A stretch of DNA of 63,062 bases, filler included, from Octopus bimaculoides (taxonomy: Eukaryota), in assembly GCF_001194135.2 (NCBI RefSeq). It is 4 parts of 4 records of this genome, joined end to end, with 100 filler letters (N's around TTAATTAATTAA, not from the genome) between each part and the next. Parts side by side here need not be neighbours in the genome. Positions count along the whole stretch, not along the records: positions 1 to 23,983 come from NC_068994.1; 3 more parts are not named here. One strand, given 5' to 3'. Shown here piece by piece: positions 1-12,189 of the stretch. The position numbers and the translations under genes were made by a program. Within the stretch, counting starts at the first letter, position 1. Each line of letters starts with the position of its first letter. Under the pieces are notes generated by a model, which did no database searches, had not been told where the DNA came from, and worked only from the letters and a program-made list of their open reading frames with translations.

Positions 1-237
1 TGAATCCCAACAATGGACCTCCGCTGGGCGCGTCATCAGTCCATTGTGTTTATAGGGGGGAAAATATTTAAAGACACGATACATGTCTGCGTGACAAAGA
101 AACGTGAAAAGTATTAGGTGGTCGTGAGAGGTGCTAAAAATAACACGCACCCAGATTTTTTTTTTTTTTATGAATTCTCGTGTGAATTCAGAAGAATTTT
201 CTGAAAATTCAAAGAAATAAGGTTCTAGGCGGCTGCA

Positions 238-243
238 TATAAA
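238..243 (+). promoter_or_regulatory. Candidate TATA box (TATAAA) in a promoter-like segment at the start of piece 1
   Basis: gcatataaacc at 235-245, preceded by a CpG-containing stretch (gggcgcgtca, 26-35) and followed by GTAAGT donor-like sites (607) and a strong acceptor (1666). Motif-only evidence. Confidence 0.25.
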
Positions 244-1666
244 CCAGAATTCCGTCCGTTTTTTTTTTAATTTCCGACATTATAATTTCATTCGCTGGGA
301 CAGTGACACGTTACAACAAACAGGTTTCGATATTTTATTTGCATCTTGGACTACGCTTAATCCCGTTTTTCGTGTTTTCGTCATTCTATACAGTATCGTC
401 TTTTATTCCCTCTTACCTCAACTTAAACGTCGTTAATTTGTTGCAGTCTGTGCGATTTATTTCGAAAACCGACGTAACATCTGTTTTAAAATTACTGATT
501 TGCACATATTTTCACATTTTATTTCCACTTCAGTATAAACTTTGATAATGTTTATTATTATTATTATTAATTTTTATGCTTTTAAATATGTTCGCAAAGG
601 CCGAATGTAAGTCGGACAGAGAGACTGAAGCTGAGGGTTTCTCCTCACCGACCCATTATTTCTTGACGAAATCCTAGTTTAGGCACATCAACTAGAATTC
701 CGTCAAGGTCTTTAACGGGGGAAAGGCAACAGGACTTAAGTTGAGGTATACCTAGGCACCTACGCATTCTTTCTTATTTATTTCCACATTGGACATCGGT
801 GTCTCCTGCTCTACATTTTGATTTGATTTCAATGTCGTGTACCCGGCAGAGGTAACCTTCTATCGGTAAAGTTTATATGATTGTCTTATACTTTTTCTGA
901 CTGTTGAGTGAAAAATTACAGATTTAAGTGGGTGGTATGTGTCATTTATGAATCCTAATCGTTTTAATATCCATTCTGCATGTTGTGGTGTGTTTGCTAT
1001 CATAAACAGTGTTGCTGCATTTTCTCAAATATTTTGTCTTAATGTCCATTCTGTATGTTTTATGGGTTGTACTTATCTCATTTTCTTGTTCTTTTTGTCA
1101 ACTTAGTAACCTGAATTATTTTGAATGAGACTGCTTTGAGTTTGTTTCAGCTACCAGAAATTTGTTTCCATGCACTGACGCATAAGAATAATTCATTAAT
1201 CTTACATCAGGGGCTTTTCATGACCAGCGTTTAACCTGTTGACATTCAATTTGTCAAACGCACTGCCTTATTAATTCACATTGTTTTGAGTTTAATCATA
1301 CATTCTCATAGCTTAAAGTCTTCAATGACGTAATTGCTTATTTTGGGAATGACATTGTAAGGCAGGTGTGAGTGGCCAGATCTAGATGGTTTGAATATTT
1401 GGGCTGGATGTGGCCGGTTTAAAGCGCCTCTGGCGCCATGATTTTTTTTCTTTTTTTTACACAATTGACAAATTTAGGATCACCGCTTCTAAACTTTAAC
1501 TTCGTTTCTCAATTTCAATTAATTAATTGTGTCCCTAATTTCTGCATGTATACGTTAGTTTGCCCTCAGTGCCCAAAAGCACTCATGCCCCCATTTATCT
1601 GGTTCTGTCAGCTGTCCTCTACAACTTCTGCAATAATGTGTTTTTTTTTCTTTTCTTTTTTTCTAG

Positions 1667-1774
1667 GTGGATTTCAGTGTCTAACCAACAATGTCAGTAC
1701 AGAACAGTCATTGGCTTTAGAAAACTTCTAAGGAACTGTACGTGACATTTGCAGACTGAGATGGTGGGAGTTGT
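1667..1774 (+). ncRNA. Candidate non-coding internal exon of a plus-strand spliced transcript
   Basis: Long polypyrimidine tract ending ttctag at 1666 and GTAAGT donor at 1775-1780. The 108-nt interval has stop codons in all three frames. Confidence 0.35.
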
Positions 1775-1975
1775 GTAAGTGCACAGGAAAGTTTGGTCAC
1801 TTATATTATGTAACCCTGTATGTATATAGAGATTTTCTCCTCCACTTTGAAGAACTACCAGCTACGTAGACAAAAATTTGTGCTAATGTTGATATATACA
1901 TATTTATATGTACGGTTAGACAACAGAAGAATCAGTTTGGACTTTTATCTCCAATGAATTAAAAATGGTTTCAGA

Positions 1976-2020
1976 GAAGTTCTATCACCGTGAAATTTGT
2001 GGAAAAACTTTTGCCTTAAG
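1976..2020 (+). pseudogene. Degenerate single C2H2 zinc-finger remnant
   Basis: Translates EKFYHREICGKTFA, resembling the EKPYHCEICGKTF linker/finger start; first Cys mutated, no continuation. Confidence 0.35.
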
Positions 2021-2448
2021 TAACCGCTTCCTTCATGGAAAAGACCAATTCTTTACAAAGTTCAAAGGTTTTGCTCGTTAAAAGCAACAGCAGTGGCAAT
2101 ATCTTGGACTATTTCTGTGGAACTAACAGCAAAGCAAATCTCTGTACACCAAACTTTTTTTTTTCGTCTTGGTTATTCTCCATAGTTTATGAAGTTTCTT
2201 AAGGATCACACCATTCGTAGTTCATAATTTTTTGTAAGGGTGATTGAATGCTACCTGAAAAGATGAGCACTGTCTTCTAAATATATATTACAGCCAACTG
2301 ACTAGACAATAAAATACTCTTACAACTAATTAACTATTAACTACTATGCTACAATCTATACTATGCATTACACTATTTCACCAAAGGCTATGCTATGTCT
2401 ATTACAATAAACTGAACTTGACAGTGCTTCACCACAATCTGAACTGTA

Positions 2449-3108
2449 TTACAACCAACAGAATGTAACACTCCTGCACTGTGTGTTATCGGGAAGCACT
2501 AATTCCTCAGCAATGTTGTGCAGGTCCGGTATGGTGACGTGGGCTAGGATTTCTACCCCAAAACCCCACCATTCGATTTCTCTCGACCTCTCCACTTTAA
2601 TGATCTCCACCTCGTCCTTGCATTTATATATTACCGCTGATACCAGCCATTCCATATCTATCTCCAATGGCACTCTACCGATCCTCACTCTCGCTGCCCT
2701 TCTACCGCAATATACTGGTAAAAGGGCCCACTCCTCCGTTCTCAGAGGCATGGTAGAGTATTTCTTAGCTCCTTGCTCCGTCTTGAAATACACCTTCACC
2801 GTTCCGTATTTCTTTCCTCTCATAAACAGCACAACTTCCTCTGAGATTTCCTTCAGACACTTCTCTATTACTTCGTTCTCCGCTATTTCTATTTTCTTGG
2901 AGACGACTCTTAAAGTCTTATATGTGATTATTTTCTTTTCTGCTTCTTCCATCACTTCTTTTGGTGGGTCTACCCGCAAACAGTCTCCCTCCTTCTTAAA
3001 ATATTTGAAATGCTTCTTCAAATTCTCCATTTCCACCTTCACCTCTCTCATTCCCATGTCGCCGGTTGGCCTGCCGCTGCTAGCTGCAGCAGCGTAACTG
3101 GTAGTCAT
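2449..3108 (-). mobile_element. Tx1/L1-like non-LTR retrotransposon ORF1 (gag-like), copy 1, open 219 codons, 3'-truncated
   Basis: Starts with SYAAAA. Shares GKKYGTVKVYF..A, LPVYCGRRAARVRIGRVP and IEWWG motifs with three other decayed copies in this piece; one of those has a CCHC knuckle and one lies directly upstream of a Tx1-type RT fragment. Confidence 0.65.
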
Positions 3109-4199
3109 ATTAAACCACCTCCGCTACGACTTTCAACAATAAAACAAGCAACATTTCTTAAAACAATTTCAACAAAACTTCGTCGACAACCAACTATACA
3201 GATTGCCAAATTGCTATGCGTCATGGGCAACCAGTGAATAAACCAGTGGGAGAGTCCATTTGGTAGTTTCCGAAATAGCTGTCAGATCTCATTTTATATT
3301 ATTGTAGGATTTGAAAAACAATGAGTGAAAGGCTACATTAATTAAATGTAATCCTAGATGAACACTGTCTGAAAATTAAAGTGTTCGATGGACACAGTTT
3401 GAACACTTTTGATTATATATGCCTTGTGTGCTGGGTACAGGACTGGCTTCAGGGTTGAAGTACCACAACGATCTCCAAATTGGCAAAATTGATTACGAAG
3501 AAAATCTGTCGACAAAAGCAATGAAGTGATAAAAAGTCTTCAAGGCAGAGGAAGTTCTTGACTTCGAATTATAAAAATAATATAAAAGAAGAGGAAGAGG
3601 GAAGAACAATACAACAAAAAGAACACCCTCTCCCCACCCACCCCTGAGAAAATGATTGGAAGGTAAGTCAATTTGCTGGTTAGCCAATGATATTGGCCTG
3701 TCCATCAGCTACCTTATCTTCAACTGTAGATACTAGTACATTGGCTATGTACTGTGCTGAGAAATTTGGAACAATGACCTCAGTGGTTATCTTTTTACTG
3801 TTTTCAGTCACCTGATTGGTGTACCATCTTCAGGTTTTTTTTTTGTTTTTTGTCTATCATCAGATGATTGCTGTATTTAATGTGGTATCACACTTACATT
3901 GTTATCTCTATTATTGACTTATGACTTCTTAATTTTTTAGCCTGATGATAGGTAGAATCAGTGTAGTGATTAGCAAACAATGACCATGTAGCATTTAGTT
4001 GCATCTGTTTGGATATGAAATAAGTACCTGTCAAGTACTTAAAGCACTTGGCTCCCTATGGTGCACTGGGCCATCGATTGTTTTTTTTCCCCCCTTCCTT
4101 CCACTGCACTTCACTCTAAACTGTATTTTCAGCTTCTCTGCATCCTACCTCCAGCTATTTTGTAGGCATCCACTCTTGGAGGTTCCAAGTCGGGGCTCC

Positions 4200-4395
4200 A
4201 AGTCATCCTCATCATCATCGTCGTTTAGCGTCTGCTTTCCATGCTAGCATGGGTTGGATGATTTGACTGAGGACTGGCTACACCAGGCTCCAATCTGATT
4301 TGGCAGAGTTTCTACAGCTGGATGCCCTTCCTACTGGTAACGGCCACTCTCGAAACGGTGTGTTTTACATGCCACCTGCACAAAGGCTAGTCCGG
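4200..4395 (-). mobile_element. 3' end of an RTE-related LINE/SINE family
   Basis: catcatcatcgtcgtttagcgtctgctttccatgctagcatgggttggat...ctacagctggatgcccttcct is the reverse complement of a (GAT)n-tailed RTE-type 3' end. A truncated relative lies near 33640. Confidence 0.55.
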
Positions 4396-5104
4396 CGGTA
4401 CTGGTTGGTTTCTTTAGGGTGCTACCTGTCTGCCCCTTTTCACATTTTGGTGCACCATATCGTGTTCCCTGAGGAAAGCTCCTTTGAACTATCAATACTT
4501 CAGCATTGCNNNNNNNNNNNNNNNNNNNNNNNNNNNNNNNNNNNNNNNNNNNNNNNNNNNNNNNNNNNNNNNNNNNNNNNNNNNNNNNNNNNNNNNNNNN
4601 NNNNNNNNNNNNNNNNNNNNNNNNNNNNNNNNNNNNNNNNNNNNNNNNNNNNNNNNNNNNNNNNNNNNNNNNNNNNNNNNNNNNNNNNNNNNNNNNNNNN
4701 NNNNNNNNNNNNNNNNNNNNNNNNNNNNNNNNNNNNNNNNNNNNNNNNNNNNNNNNNNNNNNNNNNNNNNNNNNNNNNNNNNNNNNNNNNNNNNNNNNNN
4801 NNNNNNNNNNNNNNNNNNNNNNNNNNNNNNNNNNNNNNNNNNNNNNNNNNNNNNNNNNNNNNNNNNNNNNNNNNNNNNNNNNNNNNNNNNNNNNNNNNNN
4901 NNNNNNNNNNNNNNNNNNNNNNNNNNNNNNNNNNNNNNNNNNNNNNNNNNNNNNNNNNNNNNNNNNNNNNNNNNNNNNNNNNNNNNNNNNNNTTTTTTTT
5001 TTTTTTTTTTTTTTTTTTTCCCCCCTTTTAAATTTAGAAATTGCATTGACTCTTGCCACTCTAAACCCTTATAATTGTAATATTTAACTATGACTTCTGT
5101 TAAG

Positions 5105-5262
5105 GTTGCCTGGAGGCATAATATGGCCTAGTGGTCAGAGTATTGCTGTCATGTTTACAAGATTGTGGTTTCAATTCCCAGGCTGGGCAATGCGTTGTTC
5201 TTGAGCAAAGCACTTTGTTTTACACTGCTCCTGTCCCTCAGCTGCAAATGGGTAACCTTGCT
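5105..5262 (+). mobile_element. tRNA-derived SINE (family C)
   Basis: A-box-like tggcctagtggtcagag, B-box-like ggtttcaattcc, then gttcttgagcaaagcactt core. Relatives at about 52600-52735 (-) and 56900-56970 (+). Confidence 0.6.
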
Positions 5263-6414
5263 TACGACTGACCATCTTGTTCAGAAGGAATGGGGTAACC
5301 AGCACTATGAGTCATGGGACTTAAGACAATTTCTATTAATATTCTAGAGTTTCCTCTACATCCCCTCCACAGCTTGGTTTCCTGATTTATCAATGCAGTT
5401 TTCTTAGTTTCAATTTATGAATGTTTGCTCAATAACGGCAAAACTGTACAAATATTTTTAAAAAATTTTCAGTTTGGCTGCCAAGATTCCTAAAGTTGAT
5501 TGAAAATTAACATTTGATACATTAATGTAGTTTCCAAGCTGAATTGCTGGAGATATTTAACTTCTTCCAGCAAGTTAATTTTCACCCAGTCAGGAAACAG
5601 GATTTGGAAGCTGTCATTTTGTGTGTAACTGCACATTTTGTGAACATCCTGAAACTAGCAGGTGTTGTCAATATTCCAAACATAGCTTGTTTTTATATGA
5701 AACTGTAAACAAATGAATTATGCACGACGTATAACCCCTCGTAATTTTTCTCAGTTTTTGGAATTTTCAGAAAATTTTTGTAAATTTTGTTTTCTATGCC
5801 AAAGGAAGAAAATTGTGGGTGTATGTGATTTAAGGGTTATTTAGCTGTTATTTCTAGCACATGTCACATCAATGAGAAAATAGTGAGTAAACACATATTT
5901 TGTAGGTTTAAGCATTCAATATGCATTACAAATTAAGTATTTCTCAAAATAAGAAACTTATAGCACAAATTTCAGATTTATCCAAAAACAAACTAGCACA
6001 TCACAATTTAGATTTTTCTCAAAGAAAACAGCATTTTGTCGACCAGTTTATTGAAAGCAGTTAGAAATGCATTTGGGCAATGTCTCGAACAAATAATTTT
6101 CATATCTCCTGTGCCACTAGATTCTGTCAGTAAAACATCTTTGTGTCTCGTTCATTGTGGCTAATGAAGTGATGCCAGAAGAGGTCGGTCAACCATACAA
6201 TGGTGAGTGTCACAGTGTCATTTATTACCTCACTTTACAGAGGCCCATGCACTCTCCACTTGTTGAGTGTGGCTACCAACTGTCAAGTTAACAAACCCAT
6301 CCTTGTGGTTCACCGTTCCAAGCTTGAAATTGTAACCATGGTAATATTTCAGTACCTGATAATTAAAAATTGAGGAGGTGGTGAATAACGAGGGGAGATA
6401 AGTAAGTCAGCTTG

Positions 6415-7205
6415 CTGTTAAACAATGTAGACGTTGGCTATAGCCACCAAAAAGTGAACAAAAGTCTTGAATTATTTCACCTTTTTTTTATATCCAATGG
6501 CAGTCCTTTTCTACTAGCAATTACTGTAGCACATGTATACGTTTCTACAGCTTCTAAATCCACTGCAAGTTTGACCGAACTAAAAATTCGGTCAAAAAAT
6601 AATATACGGCCCTGGTTATGGTATGGAAGTGATAAATTCCAGACCACATCGTACCCTAGGCCATGCTGGCTAATATTATTACCTCTTTTTCCAGTATAAA
6701 AGATAAATCCTCAGTGGTTACCAGTATTTGCTTCACAAATTTTCCAAAACTTTGATCCCTCATTTTGTGGGCTTTCCTGGCATATACTGTCGGAAGCGTA
6801 CTCTTCTTTTATACCCCACCATGCCGTCATCGACGGATAGGTATCTCGCAGGCTTGTAAAATGTTTTATATGCATTTTGAACACAGTCGATGAGTCTTAT
6901 TTTAAATAAGGGATCAAAGCTTGGTTCTCCACGTACTAGGGATACAGCTAGCTTCACGAATCGTATTCGGGTCATAATACTGGAAACGTATTCCTTGCCA
7001 AAAGGTTCCTGATTGCTCCAGTAATTTGTTATTCTGGGTAACTGTCTAATACCCATTATAATATTTATGGCAAAAAATGCCCGTATTTCATCTACGGTTG
7101 TGGGAAACCAAAAGCTGTCTTTTTTTCCGGCTTGTTTACATTCTGTGTAATGGTTTATTTCCGCAGTAATCATTTCAAACAAGAATGCTGAAAAAAATAA
7201 GAAAA
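6415..7205 (-). mobile_element. piggyBac transposase fragment (decayed)
   Basis: EIRAFFAINIIMGIRQLPRITNYWS, LSVDDGMVGYKRRVRFRQYMPGKPTK*GIK and YTGK...GLGYDVVWNLSLPYHNQGRILFFDRIFSSVKL match piggyBac transposase motifs; stops and internal deletions present. Confidence 0.85.
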
Positions 7206-7207
7206 AG

Positions 7208-7445
7208 AAGTCTGAAAATTTTGGTTCCTGGAATAATTGAGTGATGTATGCATTCCTCCAATGTGTCATGATTCCGACATGGTGCCACTTAAAGAAAAAA
7301 GCCTGTTTCATTTCATGACACACTCCTCCAAAAACCTGCTGCTTGGGTAGGACCCTTCAGTTGTACTTGTCTTGAGAATACTATTTTGCCAATCTCGACA
7401 ATCTTCCCAGGACCACCAACCTTAACTGACTGGGTGACGGAGCAG
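7208..7445 (-). mobile_element. Merlin (ISXO2/IS1595-like) transposase fragment A
   Basis: Frameshifted VGGPGKIVEI...FGGVCHEMKQAFF..VAPCRNHDTLEECIHHSIIPGTKIF(S)D. Confidence 0.7.
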
Positions 7446-7599
7446 GACCTCTTTGACTACTTCCCTAACGTAACGGTTAATATATAGATCCGCACCCAGT
7501 GGAAAATTTGAAAAAAAAATAGTGTAGTAGTTGAAGTGCACCGTATATTGAACAAATATGAAGGAAAAAATGTGTGCTGCAAAAGGGGGGGGTGCTCAG

Positions 7600-8456
7600 A
7601 AAATTCACACGGTCAGCCTTCATAAACTGGTACCGAGCAATATATTGCTTTAAAAAACACACTTTAATTCCAGGCCGTAGAACAGCTCTTTTGAGGGTCC
7701 CCCACAATCGTTCTATAGTCTGTGTATGAATTAACGGGTTTGCCGGATCGACGAAGTTCTCACTATGGTTAATTTTGAAATGGGTATAACNNNNNNNNNN
7801 NNNNNNNNNNNNNNNNNNNNNNNNNNNNNNNNNNNNNNNNNNNNNNNNNNNNNNNNNNNNNNNNNNNNNNNNNNNNNNNNNNNNNNNNNNNNNNNNNNNN
7901 NNNNNNNNNNNNNNNNNNNNNNNNNNNNNNNNNNNNNNNNNNNNNNNNNNNNNNNNNNNNNNNNNNNNNNNNNNNNNNNNNNNNNNNNNNNNNNNNNNNN
8001 NNNNNNNNNNNNNNNNNNNNNNNNNNNNNNNNNNNNNNNNNNNNNNNNNNNNNNNNNNNNNNNNNNNNNNNNNNNNNNNNNNNNNNNNNNNNNNNNNNNN
8101 NNNNNNNNNNNNNNNNNNNNNNNNNNNNNNNNNNNNNNNNNNNNNNNNNNNNNNNNNNNNNNNNNNNNNNNNNNNNNNNNNNNNNNNNNNNNNNNNNNNN
8201 NNNNNNNNNNNNNNNNNNNNNNNNNNNNNNNNNNNNNNNNNNNNNNNNNNNNNNNNNNNNNNNNNNNNNNNNNNNNNNNNNNNNNNNNNNCAAGGGGAAT
8301 TGCATGTTGGGCAATTCACAGATGCAGGAACAACTCCATGTTGGCGGAAAAATTGCAATGCCAAGTCATCATTAAAATGAAGTCTATAAGCCCCGTCAAA
8401 CAAAGTACAGCCAGTGCAAGATACCATCCTGATTTAGTGCTAATTAAAAGGAATTG
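7600..8456 (-). mobile_element. Merlin transposase B (middle hidden by N gap)
   Basis: N-terminal zinc motif CPTCNSP and C-terminal YTHFKINHSENFVDPANPLIHTQTIERLWGTLKR, typical of the ISXO2-like domain; clearly similar to copy D at 12190-13096. Confidence 0.8.
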
Positions 8457-8459
8457 ATG

Positions 8460-8720
8460 CTTGGCAGCAAATGGATCGCCTAGCCATCGGAACGCTCCCC
8501 TTCCACAAGAAGTGGAAGAGTATGTGTTCCAGTTTGGTGATGGTAGGGTCGGGGCAAGGCACGACAGTCAGGTGGTATTCGATGACGGGTGCGATGTACG
8601 CATTCACCACCTCCGCCCGACCTTTTAGGGATAGCTTCCTCTCGGTACATTGCTGGGTGAGATTGGCCACCCTAATCGTTATTTCGCCCCAGTTCTTCTC
8701 CACTGAAGTGTTGGTCGAGG
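8460..8720 (-). mobile_element. Tx1/L1-clade ORF2 fragment (post-RT region)
   Basis: EKNWGEI...RKLSLKGRAEVVNAYIAPVIEYHLTVVPCP...KLEHILFHFLWKG...RRSICCQ, characteristic of L1/Tx1 ORF2 downstream of the RT core. Confidence 0.75.
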
Positions 8721-8849
8721 GCCAACTTCGCCGCCATTACGTTGGACGCGGTGCCAGTTCTAAGTGCCTCTTCTAATTTCTTAACTAGATCTCCCTCTAT
8801 TTTATTTCAGTCTAATGCCAGGGCCTTACTGTACCTAACCGATTCACCC

Positions 8850-9540
8850 GTTAGATTCTGTGAGGAATTTTGTCATAATTCATTGGATCAAGTTGTACAA
8901 GAAGTTGAATTTCCTAGCCAATCCAGTTTTGCTGGTCCAGGGCAGTGATTTCCAATATATTAATTTCATCCTGTATGTCGTAACATATGGCAGATATGAG
9001 CCATTTTGCTTCATTTCAGGAGGCACATTGGTTATTTTTATTTTTGTCACCCTAAGACCAAGGTACGTAAGGATCATAAGCAGGTTTTCGTGTTGAAACG
9101 ACTTTGTGGAGAGGTCCTTGACAAACTGTTCGCTGTCAAATCTCACTTCGATTGTTGCGAACCTGTTTCCCCTTGTAATGTAGTTTTTAAAAGCCCATAT
9201 GGGCCTTAAGCATCTCTCAACATTTTCCTGGCTAAATCTGACTAAAGTCTGTGGGTGTCTGTAGATGGACTGTTATGTCTTTTTTGCTTAGCATACTTTT
9301 ACAATTGAGTAATTCTTTAGAGAAGTTGATTATTTTTTTTCTTGGCTTCAAAGCCTCTGCAAAGTTATTATTTGTGTTTGTGTTTGTTGTGGTGGAGACT
9401 GGTTGTAGTAGCAGAGACGTTCATGGCGGTTGACCTTGTGTCCTTGGTTTTGTTATTGTTGATGGTGGTGAAGGCAGTAGCAGTAGATGCAGAGGCATTC
9501 GTGGTCTCTATGTCCTGTGCGCGTTCATGGGATAGCTTAG
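8850..9540 (-). mobile_element. Tx1/L1-like ORF1 copy 2 (decayed)
   Basis: NFAEALKPRKK...RGNRFATIEVRFDSEQFVK...ILTYLGLRVTKIKITNVPPE...LDWLG aligns with copy 1; stops and frameshifts present. Confidence 0.6.
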
Positions 9541-9889
9541 CCATATTTGTTTTACAAAATATGGCAAAGAAGCCAGAGAAAAATTTTAAAACTTTTGGAA
9601 ATAAACTCCGAAAGGAGCTATTTCCTATTACAAAAATAAATGGGGTCGAAGTGTATGGAAAGCATGATTCTGAAAAAAAAGTTTTTTTTAATTTGTAAGA
9701 TTTCAATTTTCACCCCTCCCCTCCCCTTCCTTTCAAGCAGGCTATTCGCATGCTAGAAATAGCAGCCAAATCTCACAAAACTGCGATAACATAATGAAAG
9801 AGATGTGTAATCAATCTACTCACCTTTCTGCAAATTTCTTTCAGAGTAATTTCCCGCAGTAATATGACAAAGGGGAATTAAAGTGTTCT

Positions 9890-10800
9890 TTTTTTTTATC
9901 AAAATACATCGATTCATTGACGCGGGACCATTTCATGTTGCCCAATGATCCATACTTTAGCCGTCTTTTGATACAGGACCAATAGGTCTAAATGTGATTC
10001 GTGCAAGCGCCGGTTTCAGGGTCGACGAAACTCGTTGAGTGGCTAACTGTTTTTGTGTATGTAACCCAACTGTTCTAAATTCCTATAGCTGGCCTATTTG
10101 TCCGTATGTACTATAGTACCCGGTAACACATTTTCAATTATAACGGCTTCAAGTGTTGCTGCACTTCTATCAGGTACACGTTGAAGGAACCCTTTTTTCA
10201 CTGTGGTGTCATAGCACCCGACAACCCACGTTTGATGGCCTATTCTCCCTACGTGGCTCTTCCTTTTAAAGAGCAAGCTCTCATCTATTTCCACCTCCTG
10301 ACCGGGACCACCAAGCGGAGCTTTGTCTCGCATCTTCCCCAAACATACTTCTCGACAAAACTCATACCACTGGATTGCAGCTTTATTGTCTACGCCAGTG
10401 TATAAAACCGCAGTAGATATCGGCGCCTCGGACATGAAATTAAAGACTATATGGAATATTTGCTGTATGGACAACTTTGACATTTCCATAAAAGCCTTTG
10501 TCCTTATTGAAATGTTTTTCTTGCAATTTCTGCACCGCCACACAAATCCATCTGGCGATTTGGCCGACTTCTTCAAAGTCAAATCGTGTGTGCAAACACG
10601 TTTTCCAGGTGGCAATAATGCCGTTGGCTTTCAAAAATTCGATTATTCTTTCTGGAACAAGCTGCTTCAATACCTCAAGTTGCAGACACATTTTCAGTTT
10701 CACGAGCAGTATGTTTTGCGCTGTTCAACTGATTCCTTGTCGTCGGTCAAACGATTGCCTTCAACACAAAATTCCTTTTGCTTTTGCATTGGTCGCAAAA
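9890..10800 (-). mobile_element. Merlin transposase C, nearly full length, with nonsense mutations
   Basis: DGFVWRCRNC, GGPGQEVEIDES, RSAATLEAVIIENVLPGTIVHTDK*ASY, HSTSFVDPETGACTNHI*TYWS. DDE-motif region recognisable, with a stop just after D2 and another at the catalytic E position. Confidence 0.9.
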
Positions 10801-10904
10801 CAAAAGGAGTTTTGTGTCGAAGGCAATCATTTGACCATTGGGTGTTGATGCAACTGACTCCCCCCCCCCTCCAAAATATCTGGCCTTGTGCTAAAATTTG
10901 AAAT

Positions 10905-11070
10905 CATTTGCACACAGGGTGAAAGGCTTAGCAGTATTTCACCCATCGCTGCATTCCAAGTTCAAATTCCGCTGAGGTCTACTTTACCTTTCATCCTTTC
11001 GGGGTCGATGTAATCAACTTGCACCTTCCCCCAAATATCAGACCTTTGGCCTATAGTAGAAAGGATTATT
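10905..11070 (+). mobile_element. tRNA-derived SINE with Nin-like core (family A), decayed
   Basis: gttcaaattccgctgaggtctactttacctttcatcctttcggggtcgat matches the family A consensus seen in many copies here. Confidence 0.7.
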
Positions 11071-12189
11071 GTACTTTGTTGGACTGCACCCATGTTTTGG
11101 GGTGGGGTACAAAGTCTTCAAATGTTTAATCAGTAGCAGCAACCCTATTAATTATTTTATCAATGTGCATTTTTCTGGTTGATTGATTTGTCTTTGCCAT
11201 AACACAAATTTTGTTTTAGTAGGATGTGTTGTCAGACATGTACACACATACACAGGACAGGATTCTGCACAATTTCCTGTCTGATGTTTCTTAAGACATT
11301 TGGTCAACCTGAGACTATAAGCTCTTGCCCACGTGTGTTGTGTAGTGGGGTTGAACTTGATTCTGCGTGTTTGCAAAGTGAATTTCTTAATCATACATCC
11401 ATGCCTGTAGTGATGAGAAACCATTTTTTGTGCAATGAATAATTTTTTAAATACGTTGAAATCAAAATTGAAAAAAGCTTTAAACAATCGCACATTTACA
11501 TGGCCTAAAAGAAAATCATTTGATCAGTGCATATCTCCACTACGTATATTAAAGGAATATGAGGGGGAAAAAGTGCGTGCTGGAAGGAGGGTAGGGGGCT
11601 CGGAAGATACACATGATCAACCCTACGGAGTCCGAGCCCTAAACCTCAACATCCGGTCACAGGAGTGAAACAGAAATCGTCTAATACATCTAGAATTTAA
11701 ATAGATTGATTGTTGATTACACAATTTCTTTTGTTATCGCAGTTTTGGCTGTTATTTCTAGCATGTAAATGGCCTACTTGAGTGGGAGGGGGTTGAAATT
11801 TTATAAACTTTTTTTTTCTTTTTTCAGGATCATAATCTCTGTATTTTTGTATGTTTTGCCAAAAATAACAATTCCGGAAAAGGTTAAAAATGAAGAAATG
11901 GGGGGGGGGTGGAATTTTGAAGTTGTAATTGATAAGTATTCTGTTATAATCAATAATATTGTGAAAATGATCTGTACTTACCCATATGCATGGTAGATTT
12001 GTGGATTGTTTTCAACAAATCTTCCACACTGTTTTCTATTCAAATTTTTCTCCCATTAAACATTCTATGGAATGAAGAAACATCACTTGGTGCAGAAGCC
12101 ACGTGTAATGATATTTATTCTCTGGATGATAATCTTCATGGTCCTGGGTACAATGAAAAGTTGTGCATTCGTTTAGAAGCAGGACGGAA

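Noticed and set aside
10-47. 9-bp stem acaatggac/gtccattgt at the window start
   Set aside because: Too short to exceed chance expectation.
171-217. GAAnnTTC clusters resembling heat-shock elements
   Set aside because: Only two-unit matches with incorrect spacing for a three-unit HSE, in AT-rich context.
1000-1320. Intronic snoRNA candidates in the leader
   Set aside because: No convincing C/D box pair with terminal stem, and no two-hairpin H/ACA structure identifiable by eye.
2483-3097. 204-aa plus-strand ORF
   Set aside because: Antisense shadow of the minus-strand ORF1; Ser-rich with no recognisable domain.
7464-7476. TAACGGTT, an A-MYB-like site (as in mouse pachytene piRNA promoters)
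   Set aside because: A single 8-mer far from the candidate TSS, at a TE junction; expected by chance.
10323-10901. 192-aa plus-strand ORF
   Set aside because: Antisense shadow of Merlin C.
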